Positions 19,955-27,584 of a stretch of DNA of 32,000 nt are shown one piece after another. Position numbers and translations under genes: made by a program. The stretch's first letter is position 1; each line of letters begins with the position of its first letter. The notes below the pieces were generated by a model that was not told the DNA's origin, did no database searches, and saw only the letters and a program-made list of their open reading frames with translations. The DNA is from Demequinaceae bacterium (GTDB taxonomy: Bacteria > Actinomycetota > Actinomycetes > Actinomycetales > Demequinaceae): the NCBI GenBank assembly GCA_965250005.1, contig OZ252279.1, positions 1,860,001 to 1,892,000 on the forward strand, in the 5' to 3' direction.

Positions 19955-20902
19955 CTAGTTGGCGTGCAGCGCCGAATTGAGCGCGACGCCGTCGCCCTTG
20001 CGTGCCACTGCCTCGAGTGCGCCGGACATGGAGTTTCGTCGGAAGAGAATACCGTTCTGTCCCGCGAGTTCGCGGGCTTTCACCACGATCGGCTCGCCGT
20101 CTTCGTCCTTCTGGTCTACCAACAAAACCTTGGAGCCGGCGGTGACGTACAGTCCGGCCTCGACCACGCAATCGTCGCCCAGCGGAATGCCCAGCCCGGA
20201 ATTCGCTCCCAGCAGCGAGCGCTGCCCGATCGAAATTACTTCCTTGCCGCCTCCAGAGAGCGTTCCCATGATTGACGCGCCGCCGCCAATGTCCGAGCCG
20301 TCGCCCACCACCACGCCCGCGGAGATGCGGCCCTCGACCATCGAAACCCCCAGCGTCCCGGCATTGAAATTCACAAAGCCCTCGTGCATGACCGTGGTGC
20401 CTTCGGCCAGGTGGGCGCCTAGGCGCACGCGGTCGGAGTTGGCGATACGGACGCCGGAGGGGACCACATAGTCGAGCAAGCGCGGGAACTTGTCGACACT
20501 GTCAATGGCTAGGTGCAAGCTGGATGCGCGGAACCGCATGCGCGTGTCATCGAGGCCGCTCAGCGCGACCGGGCCGTGGCATGTCCACGCGACGTTGGGG
20601 AGTACGCCAAAGATGCCGTCCAGGTTCATGGAATTGGGGCGAACGATGCGGTGGCTGAGCAGGTGCAGGCGCAGGTACGCATCAGCGACAGTTGCGGGAG
20701 GTTGATCGCAATCGATTTCCATGAACACAACTGAGATGTCGACGTTTCGTAGTGCGTCGTGCCGCTCGCCGGTACTCACGGAGGTGGGGGCAGCGTGGCC
20801 CGCCGCGGGCTCGCCTAGTTCGGGGGCGGGAAACCAGGTGTCCAGCACGGTGCCGTCGGCGCTTGTCGTGGCAAGGCCGTAGCCGTGTGCAATGCGATTC
20901 AT
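19955..20902 (-). CDS. dapD: Tetrahydrodipicolinate N-succinyltransferase
   Basis: 315 aa with left-handed beta-helix hexapeptide repeats (GVRIANSDRVRLGAHLAEGTTVMHEGFVNFNAGTLG...) and the actinobacterial DapD C-terminus ...ALNSALHAN. Confidence 0.9.
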   Translation of the reverse strand: MNRIAHGYGLATTSADGTVLDTWFPAPELGEPAAGHAAPTSVSTGERHDALRNVDISVVFMEIDCDQPPATVADAYLRLHLLSHRIVRPNSMNLDGIFGVLPNVAWTCHGPVALSGLDDTRMRFRASSLHLAIDSVDKFPRLLDYVVPSGVRIANSDRVRLGAHLAEGTTVMHEGFVNFNAGTLGVSMVEGRISAGVVVGDGSDIGGGASIMGTLSGGGKEVISIGQRSLLGANSGLGIPLGDDCVVEAGLYVTAGSKVLLVDQKDEDGEPIVVKARELAGQNGILFRRNSMSGALEAVARKGDGVALNSALHAN

Positions 20903-20960
20903 GGCCCATAGCCTACGGGTCGCGCGCCGCGTTTCCGGTAGGCCTGACTAGGCTGAACGG

Positions 20961-22046
20961 ATGCACCTTGATCTGGCCGCGCCCGTTGACGCGCTCGCAA
21001 TCCAGTTGATCGACATTGAGTCGGTGAGCGGTAACGAGAGCGCAATCGCCGACGCCGTCGAAACCGCCCTCCGCGCGCAGCCGCACCTAGCGGTCATCCG
21101 CGACGGAGACGCGATTGTGGCGCGCACCAGTCTGGGCCGCGACGAGCGAGTTGTGGTCGCGGGGCATCTCGACACAGTGCCCGTCGCGGGCAACCTCCCG
21201 GCGCGCGTGGACGGCGGCGTGATTTGGGGTCGGGGGACAGCGGACATGAAGGCTGGAGTCGCCGTGCAACTCTCGCTGGCCACCGCGCTTTCCGCGCCCA
21301 GCCGCGATGTGACGTGGGTGTTCTACGACCATGAGGAGGTCGAGGAGTCGAAGAGCGGCCTTGGACGCCTCGCGGCCAACCACCGCGAGTTGCTAGAGGC
21401 GGATTTCGCCGTGCTGTGTGAGCCCACGGGTGGACGGATCGAGGGAGGCTGCAACGGAACACTGCGCGTGGCCGTCACCATCCCCGGCGTCGCCGCCCAT
21501 TCCGCTCGGGCTTGGAAGGGTGCGAATGCGATTCACGCGGCCGCGCCGTTGCTCGCAGTTCTCGCAGCGTATCAACCCGCGACGGTGACCGTGGACGGCC
21601 TCGACTATCGTGAGGGCCTCAACGCCGTGAATGTCTCGGGCGGGATCGCGAGCAACGTGATTCCTGACGCCTGCGCCGTGACCATCAACTACCGGTACGC
21701 GCCGGACAAGACAGTTGAACAGGCGCTCTCGCACGTACACGCCACGCTCGACGGGATGCTCCCCGAGCGCTCCACCTGGGACGTGACCGACAGCGCGAAC
21801 GCGTGCCGACCCGGACTCGACGCGCCGCTAGCGCAGAGTTTTGTCGAAGCCGTCGGCGCGACGGGTGCCGGAACGCCTCGCGCCAAACTCGGGTGGACAG
21901 ATGTCGCGCGGTTTGGCGCACTTGGTATCCCTGCCGTGAACTACGGTCCGGGCGATCCGGAATTCGCGCACAAGGATGACGAGCACGTGAGTATCGAGCA
22001 GATCCATCAGGTTCGCGAAGGGTTGGCAGCATGGTTAAGCGCGTAG
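20961..22046 (+). CDS. dapE: Succinyl-diaminopimelate desuccinylase
   Basis: 361 aa M20 peptidase (VVAGHLDTVP, GRGTADMKAGVAV, EPTGG), divergent from dapD. Confidence 0.9.
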   Translation: MHLDLAAPVDALAIQLIDIESVSGNESAIADAVETALRAQPHLAVIRDGDAIVARTSLGRDERVVVAGHLDTVPVAGNLPARVDGGVIWGRGTADMKAGVAVQLSLATALSAPSRDVTWVFYDHEEVEESKSGLGRLAANHRELLEADFAVLCEPTGGRIEGGCNGTLRVAVTIPGVAAHSARAWKGANAIHAAAPLLAVLAAYQPATVTVDGLDYREGLNAVNVSGGIASNVIPDACAVTINYRYAPDKTVEQALSHVHATLDGMLPERSTWDVTDSANACRPGLDAPLAQSFVEAVGATGAGTPRAKLGWTDVARFGALGIPAVNYGPGDPEFAHKDDEHVSIEQIHQVREGLAAWLSA

Positions 22047-22813
22047 CGGGGACACCGAGCGTGGGGGCCTACCGCAAGGGGCCGGTGCTCTTGAGAGGTA
22101 GTCAGGTGCCCGAGTCCTCTAGCTCGCAGCGGCTGCTCGCCGACCGCGACGCCCCCGACTGGCTTCACGAGGACCCGTGGCGCGTGCTGCGCATCCAGAG
22201 CGAGTTCGTGGAGGGCTTCGGTGCGCTTGCAGAGATCGGTACGGCGATCTCGGTGTTCGGGTCAGCGCGCACCGAGCCCGGAACGCCTGAGTACGCGTGG
22301 GGCGAGACCGTCGGCCGTCTGCTGGCCCACGCGGGATGCGCGGTCATCACGGGCGGAGGGCCCGGCATCATGGAGGCTGCGAACAAGGGATGTGCGGAGG
22401 CCGGGGGAGTCTCTGTTGGGCTCGGGATCGAGCTCCCGCACGAGCAGGGTGTGAACGAGTACGTCAACGTCGGCATCAACTTTCGTTACTTCTTCGCTCG
22501 AAAGACGATGTTCGTCAAGTACGCGCAGGGCTTCATTGTGCTTCCAGGCGGGTTTGGGACATTCGACGAGCTTTTCGAGTCGCTCACGCTGGTGCAAACG
22601 GAGACCGTGAAGCATTTCCCCATTGTGTTGATAGGGCACGATTACTGGGATGGGCTGGTCGCGTGGCTGCGGGGAACCGTCGCTGCGCGCGGGAACATCG
22701 CGGTCGAGGATCTCGACTTGATTCACGTCACCGACAGCCCAGAGAAGGCCGTCGAGATTGTGCGAGAGTACGCCGAGCGCGCGGGCGCTGAATTAGGCGA
22801 GGCCGCCGACTAG
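22031..22813 (+). CDS. LOG-family (TIGR00730-type) nucleotide phosphoribohydrolase
   Basis: 260 aa with ISVFGSAR, VITGGGPGIMEAANKG and the LPGGFGTFDELFE (PGGxGTxxE) motif. The start overlaps dapE by 16 nt and could lie further downstream. Confidence 0.88.
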   Translation: MVKRVAGTPSVGAYRKGPVLLRGSQVPESSSSQRLLADRDAPDWLHEDPWRVLRIQSEFVEGFGALAEIGTAISVFGSARTEPGTPEYAWGETVGRLLAHAGCAVITGGGPGIMEAANKGCAEAGGVSVGLGIELPHEQGVNEYVNVGINFRYFFARKTMFVKYAQGFIVLPGGFGTFDELFESLTLVQTETVKHFPIVLIGHDYWDGLVAWLRGTVAARGNIAVEDLDLIHVTDSPEKAVEIVREYAERAGAELGEAAD

Positions 22814-22915
22814 CGGGAGATTCGAGCCGCTGGTTTTCGCGCGTCGGTACGAGCGCGTAGAATAATGGTATTGCTGCAGATAACGCGGCAGGCCAATCGA
22901 GGAGAAGAACCACAC

Positions 22916-23089
22916 ATGGCTGCAATGAAGCCCCGCACCGGCGACGGACCCATGGAGGTCGTCAAGGAAGGTCGCAGTTACGTTATGCGCGTTCCGCTTG
23001 AGGGCGGTGGCCGTCTCGTGGTCGAAATCAACGCAGACGAGGTCAAAGAACTGGGCGATGCCCTCCAGACGGCGCTCGTTCCCCGCTAG
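22916..23089 (+). CDS. DUF3117-family small protein
   Basis: 57 aa: MAAMKPRTGDGPMEVVKEGRSYVMRVPLEGGGRLVVEINADEVKELGDALQ..., a highly conserved actinobacterial sequence. RBS GGAGAAG lies upstream. Confidence 0.85.
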   Translation: MAAMKPRTGDGPMEVVKEGRSYVMRVPLEGGGRLVVEINADEVKELGDALQTALVPR

Positions 23090-23094
23090 AACCG

Positions 23095-23730
23095 CTAGCG
23101 CTCCTTTACGGCGACAAGCAGTCCATCGCCCGACGGCAACAGCACCGTGGTCAGCCGCTCGTCGGCGCGTACCTGCTTGAGCGTTTCCCTGATAGCCGTC
23201 GTGTCGTGATCCCGCTGGGCCGGATCCGCTACGCGTGAGTGCCAGAGAGTGTTGTCGATAGCGAGCACTCCGCCGGGACGCAGCATCCGCACGGCCTCTG
23301 TCACGTACGTCGGGTACTCAGACTTGACCCCGTCAACAAGCACCATGTCGTAGCCGCCGTCCGTGAGTCGCGGGAGCACGTCCAGCGCGGCGCCCGCGAT
23401 CATGCGGGCGCGCGTGGCCGCGAACCCCGCTTCCGCCAGAGTCTCTTTGGCGGCCTTCTGGTGCTCGGGCTCCACGTCGATAGTGGTGATTGTGCCCTCG
23501 GGGTTCATGCCGCGCAGCAGGTAGACGGCGGACACGCCGGCTCCGGTGCCGATCTCCGCCACTGCGCGCGCGTCGATCGCTGCGGCGAGCGTCTGGAGCG
23601 CTGCGCCGGAGCCCGGGAAGATGGGCGCGCAACCCAACTCCGCCGCGACCTCGCGCGCCTTGAGCAGCACGGCGTCCTCCGGGATGAACTCCTCGGTGTA
23701 CGCCCAGTTGGCTGATGCCTCGTCAGTCAT
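23095..23730 (-). CDS. Class I SAM-dependent O-methyltransferase (caffeoyl-CoA OMT-like)
   Basis: ORF 23095..23754 trimmed to MTDEASANW... (ATG at 23730, perfect AAGGAG upstream). Motifs: VAEIGTGAGVSAVYL, YDMVLVDG, LRPGGVLAIDN. Confidence 0.88.
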   Translation of the reverse strand: MTDEASANWAYTEEFIPEDAVLLKAREVAAELGCAPIFPGSGAALQTLAAAIDARAVAEIGTGAGVSAVYLLRGMNPEGTITTIDVEPEHQKAAKETLAEAGFAATRARMIAGAALDVLPRLTDGGYDMVLVDGVKSEYPTYVTEAVRMLRPGGVLAIDNTLWHSRVADPAQRDHDTTAIRETLKQVRADERLTTVLLPSGDGLLVAVKER

Positions 23731-23736
23731 GTGGCT

Positions 23737-23944
23737 CCTTGTCTCTGATCGCATCGTATCTCTGTGGACGTGGGCGGAAGCGCGGCTTAACGGGTGCGGC
23801 GCCCATGCTTGGCTATACCCCTATAGGTATGCAAAACGGCCTAAACTGCTTTCGATGGGGGTGTTCTGCGCTAAATGTTGCGGGGTTTCTTGGGACCCGT
23901 TAGGTTGCAGATTACACAGATCACTTTTTGAGGGAACTGGGTTG
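23737..23944 (+). repeat. 208-bp direct repeat, copy 1 (flanks the IS)
   Basis: Identical to 25283..25490 except for one position (T at 23850 vs C at 25396). It begins inside the O-methyltransferase Shine-Dalgarno region. Confidence 0.95.
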
Positions 23945-23995
23945 GAGCCAACCCCGCTTTCCCGGACACGGGGTGTGTGTATCGCCCCGGGTTTG

Positions 23996-24913
23996 TTAGA
24001 GACTCGTGAATGCCCGCTCCGGGTTCGGCGCGGGGTTGTTCTGTGAAGCGTAGTGGGCTTGCTCGTATTCGACTGGTGGGACGTGTCCAATCTCGCCGTG
24101 GAGGCGTCGGTGGTTGAACCAGTCGATATATTCGACGACCGCGATCTCGAGGTCGGTGATGGATCTCCAGGGCCCCCGGTTTCGGACCAGCTCGGCTTTG
24201 AATAGCGAGTTGAAGGCTTCCGCGAGGGCGTTGTCGTAGGAGTCGCCGCGGGAACCGACGGAAGCGACGACGCCGGCCTCGCAGAGGCGTTGCGTGTAGC
24301 GGATAGCTCGATATTGAACGCCCCTGTCACTGTGATGAATCAGAGCAGTCACGTCTCGCCCGTCACGATGCCGCGACCACAATCCCATTTCCAGGGCATC
24401 CAAAGCCAGGTCGGTGCGTAGCGACGTCGATAGTTGCTAGCCGACGACCCGTCGGGAGCACACATCGATCACGAACGCTGCGTAAGCCCAGCCACTGAAG
24501 GTGCGAATGTAGGTGATGTCCGCGACCCACAACTGGTCAGGACGTTCGGCCCTGAACTGGCGATCCACGAGGTCCAAGGGACGTTCCGTTTCGCCCCCAG
24601 GGATCGTCGTGCGAGGAGACTTCACCCGGGCAATGCCTCGTAAACCCTCCCGACGCATGAGACGTTCTACGGTGCACCGAGCAACCCGGTGACCTCGCCG
24701 AACCAGTTCACCATGGACTTTCCGTACCCCATAGACACCGTAGTTCTCGGCATGGATTTCACGGATCAAGACGAGAAGACCCGCGTCCCGGACGGCTCTG
24801 ACCGACGGCGGCCGCGACCGGGCCGCATAGTACGTCGCTGGGGCGATCGGCAACTGTGCGCAGATCGGCTCGACCCCGAAGACATCCTTGTTCTCGTCAA
24901 TGTAGGTGATCAT
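23996..24913 (-). pseudogene. IS3 transposase orfB (rve/DDE integrase core) interrupted by an in-frame amber codon
   Basis: ORFs 24437..24913 and 23996..24403 are one reading frame: ...VIDVCSRRVVG-TAG-QLSTSLRTDLALDALEMGLW...HSDRGVQY...DNALAEAFN. The TAG at 24437-24439 replaces the Trp of the conserved VVGW motif and lies between the first and second catalytic Asp. Confidence 0.85.
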
Positions 24914-25230
24914 CGTGTCGGTGGGCGGTCGAGCTCCGCCGCGAAGAAAGCCGAAGCACTCTTCAAGATCGCATTCGCTCGACGTAGCTCTCGAACCTCA
25001 CGCTCCAACACCGCGATCCTCGACGCATCATCGGTCGTGGTCCCCGGACGATGCCCCCCATCCACCTCCGCGCGCCTCACCCACGTCCGCAACGACTCCC
25101 GATGGATCCCCAACTGGTCAGCAATCCTCGCCATCGACCCCCGGCTCGTCGCCGGGTCCCGTCTCGCATCAAGCGCCAACCGTGTCGCCCGCTCCCTAAG
25201 TTCCGGCGAATACTTCCTCGGTGCTCCCAT
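24910..25230 (-). CDS. IS3 transposase orfA (HTH and leucine zipper)
   Basis: MGAPRKYSPELRERATRLALDARRD...IADQLGIHRESLRTWVRRAE...LEREVRELRRANAILKSASAFFAAELDRP. The RBS is GGAAGGA. orfB starts in the -1 frame across the orfA stop (ATGA). Confidence 0.85.
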   Translation of the reverse strand: MGAPRKYSPELRERATRLALDARRDPATSRGSMARIADQLGIHRESLRTWVRRAEVDGGHRPGTTTDDASRIAVLEREVRELRRANAILKSASAFFAAELDRPPTR

Positions 25231-25282
25231 AGTCCTCATCCTTCCCTGCAATGAAAGTCTCCGCCAAACCCGGGGCGATACA

Positions 25283-25490
25283 CCTTGTCTCTGATCGCAT
25301 CGTATCTCTGTGGACGTGGGCGGAAGCGCGGCTTAACGGGTGCGGCGCCCATGCTTGGCTATACCCCTATAGGTATGCAAAACGGCCTAAACTGCCTTCG
25401 ATGGGGGTGTTCTGCGCTAAATGTTGCGGGGTTTCTTGGGACCCGTTAGGTTGCAGATTACACAGATCACTTTTTGAGGGAACTGGGTTG
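25283..25490 (+). repeat. 208-bp direct repeat, copy 2 (abuts the IS right end)
   Basis: See copy 1. It starts at the first base after the IS terminal CA and ends 36 nt before the GTG at 25526. Confidence 0.95.
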
Positions 25491-25525
25491 CCTGTGAGGG
25501 TTTGCTTGTTCGGAGCGGGGATATT

Positions 25526-27520
25526 GTGGCGATTTTGAGACGTAGCGTGCGTGTGTGCGCCATTTCGGCAGGTGCTGTTGCTGTGATGAGTTTGGGATTG
25601 TTGACTACTAGTGCGGTGGCTGCCGTGATGGTGGATGGTACGCCGGCTGATGTGGAAGCTACGCTTTACGTTGGTTTGCCTGAGTTGACGGCGCCGTCGG
25701 CTTACGATGCGCAGGTTCTTGCGCGCGAGACCGGCAAGGATGTTGAGGATCTTTCGCAGCGCACTAGCACGCAAGCTGTTGTGGCTTTGCCCGATGGGTC
25801 CTGGCGTACGCATGTGCATGGTGCTCCGCAGTGGGTGTTGACTAGCGGGGATGGTACGTCGGATGCGGATTGGAGTCCGCTTGATTCGACGTTGGTGGTT
25901 CGTGCTGATGGTTTCATTGTTCCGGTTGCGCACACGGAAGGTTTTGTGATTGCGCCTGGTGGTGAGCGAACTGATCTGATTCTTGAGACCACCGATTCTG
26001 AGTCTGGTGAAACGGTTTCTTTGCTCTGGGATGGTTCGTATTTGCCGCCCGCGCAGATTGACGGCGCGCGTGTGACGTATCCCGAGGTGAAGCCTGGCAT
26101 TGACTATGTGATCGAGTTGTCACCGGTGGGTTATGAACAGTTTTATGTGGCTAAGAATCGTGGAGCGCTCAGAGCTGCAGGTGATTTGTTTCTAGATTTT
26201 TCGGTCGACGGCGGCGAGATTACGTCTGATGGTGCTGGTGGTGCGACGTTCCTTGATAGGAACGAAAACACGATCGCGTTTGTGCCGGTTGCTGTGGCAT
26301 GGGATGCCGAGACTGATGTCAGTCGCGGTAACCCTGTGTTGAAGCCTTGGCGCGGTGACCCGCGCAGGCCGTTTGGTGGTGACCGTGAAATGCCGGCAGG
26401 GCAGGGCAGTTGGCGTATCGGCTTTGATGCTGATGTTGAGTTTCAGGAAGAGGCAGTCGAGGTTGAGGTGGAGCCCCGCGAGGGTGGTGCACGGTTGAAA
26501 CTCAATTTGCCTGCGGGCTGGGCGGATGACCCGTCGACTCGGTTCCCTGTGGTGATTGACCCTTACGTTGTCCTCTATCCAACATATGACACGTACTACC
26601 AGACCAACAGTTCGGTGAACCATCAGTCCTATTCGTATTTGCTGATGGGGACGCCCAACAGCGGCAGCGTCAAGTACCGCACGTATCTGAATGTTACGAC
26701 CACACCCATCCAAGGACTGACTGTCACTGCTGCGCATTTCAACATTTGGAATTATCATTCGTGGTCGTGTTCTGCACGCAGTTGGCGTGCATATGCCGGC
26801 ACCAATGTCACTAGTCAGGTGTCATGGCCCGGACCGGGGTATGACGGTGGCGTGTATGGCGAGTCGTCTGCGACGTTGGGGTATTCGAGTTCGTGCAATG
26901 ACGGCTGGGTTTCGACGGATATCACAGCGCCCGCACAAATGTGGTCAGAGGACTTGGCCGATTCGTATCATTCGTTGGCGCTCGTTGCTGGAAGCGAGAC
27001 GAACAACTATTACTGGAAGCGGTTCTATTCGCTGTCGGCTAGCTCCCATCATCCGCATTTGGTTGTGTATTACAACCAGCCACCAGACGTGCCGTCTGGT
27101 GTGCTTGTGAATGGGTTCAGTTTGGATAGTTCTGCGTTGACGTTGACGGATCCGTATCCGGTGTTGGAGGCGACGGTTTCGGATTTGGATGGTGGGATGG
27201 TGCGCGCGGTTTTCGATATTTATGATGGCGTGGATTTGCTTGGCAGTTTTGATGGATCGTTGGTTGCTTCGGGTGGGACGTCGATGATTGTGTTTGCGAC
27301 ACCATTGGATCCTGATGTGGCGTACACGGTTAAGGTGCGTGCTTCGGACACGTTGGATGAGTCGGCGGTTTTGACTGTTCCTAACACGTTGACGTATGTG
27401 GTTGCGGCCCCGGATTTGCCGTCTGCAGGGTTGGTTGATGTTCCTGCGTATTGCGATGACGATATTGGTGCGGTTGTAGCGCCTAGCCCGGCACCGTGCA
27501 CGGGGGCTCCCGGTGTTTAG
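25526..27520 (+). CDS. Secreted protein with a DNRLRE-like carbohydrate-binding/beta-sandwich module and a C-terminal Ig-like region
   Basis: ORF 25502..27520. The preferred start is the GTG at 25526 (GGAG 10 nt upstream), giving signal peptide VAILRRSVRVCAISAGAVAVMSLGLLTTSAVAAV. The central segment YDTYYQTNSSVNHQSYSYLLMGTPNSGSVKYRTYLNV...GLTVTAAHFNIWNYHSWSC...NDGWVSTDIT...WKRFYS...PHLVVYY follows the DNRLRE-domain pattern as I remember it. This has not been checked by a search. Confidence 0.6.
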   Translation: MAILRRSVRVCAISAGAVAVMSLGLLTTSAVAAVMVDGTPADVEATLYVGLPELTAPSAYDAQVLARETGKDVEDLSQRTSTQAVVALPDGSWRTHVHGAPQWVLTSGDGTSDADWSPLDSTLVVRADGFIVPVAHTEGFVIAPGGERTDLILETTDSESGETVSLLWDGSYLPPAQIDGARVTYPEVKPGIDYVIELSPVGYEQFYVAKNRGALRAAGDLFLDFSVDGGEITSDGAGGATFLDRNENTIAFVPVAVAWDAETDVSRGNPVLKPWRGDPRRPFGGDREMPAGQGSWRIGFDADVEFQEEAVEVEVEPREGGARLKLNLPAGWADDPSTRFPVVIDPYVVLYPTYDTYYQTNSSVNHQSYSYLLMGTPNSGSVKYRTYLNVTTTPIQGLTVTAAHFNIWNYHSWSCSARSWRAYAGTNVTSQVSWPGPGYDGGVYGESSATLGYSSSCNDGWVSTDITAPAQMWSEDLADSYHSLALVAGSETNNYYWKRFYSLSASSHHPHLVVYYNQPPDVPSGVLVNGFSLDSSALTLTDPYPVLEATVSDLDGGMVRAVFDIYDGVDLLGSFDGSLVASGGTSMIVFATPLDPDVAYTVKVRASDTLDESAVLTVPNTLTYVVAAPDLPSAGLVDVPAYCDDDIGAVVAPSPAPCTGAPGV

Positions 27521-27584
27521 GCGGGCAAGCGGTTCGGGTGCGGTTGGAGAGGTGTTTGAGGGCAGTGCGATCAGAGGGTTGAAC

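Larger units (their letters stand above)
23978..25282 (-). mobile_element. IS3-family insertion sequence (about 1.3 kb), apparently inactivated
   Basis: Terminal inverted repeats TGTATCGCCCCGGGTTTGttagGAGACT (23978 onward) and TGTATCGCCCCGGGTTTGgcggGAGACT (reverse complement of 25282 onward) give TG...CA ends. orfA and orfB have the -1 overlap typical of IS3. The immediate flanks (gtg / cct) show no short target-site duplication. Confidence 0.88.

Noticed and set aside
19941-20171. N-terminal extension of the 19044..20171 ORF.
   Set aside because: It overlaps the dapD coding region and is Arg/Gly-rich. The ATG at 19940 gives a short charged segment followed by a TM anchor just downstream of the dapD stop.
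23821-24330. ORFs crossing the 208-bp repeat copies and IS ends (23821..24330 minus, 25367..25933 minus, 23715..23903 plus, 25251..25538 plus, 23546..24046 plus).
   Set aside because: They have no start context, span non-homologous junctions and have biased S/T/P/R composition. They are better explained as chance ORFs in intergenic or IS-terminal DNA.
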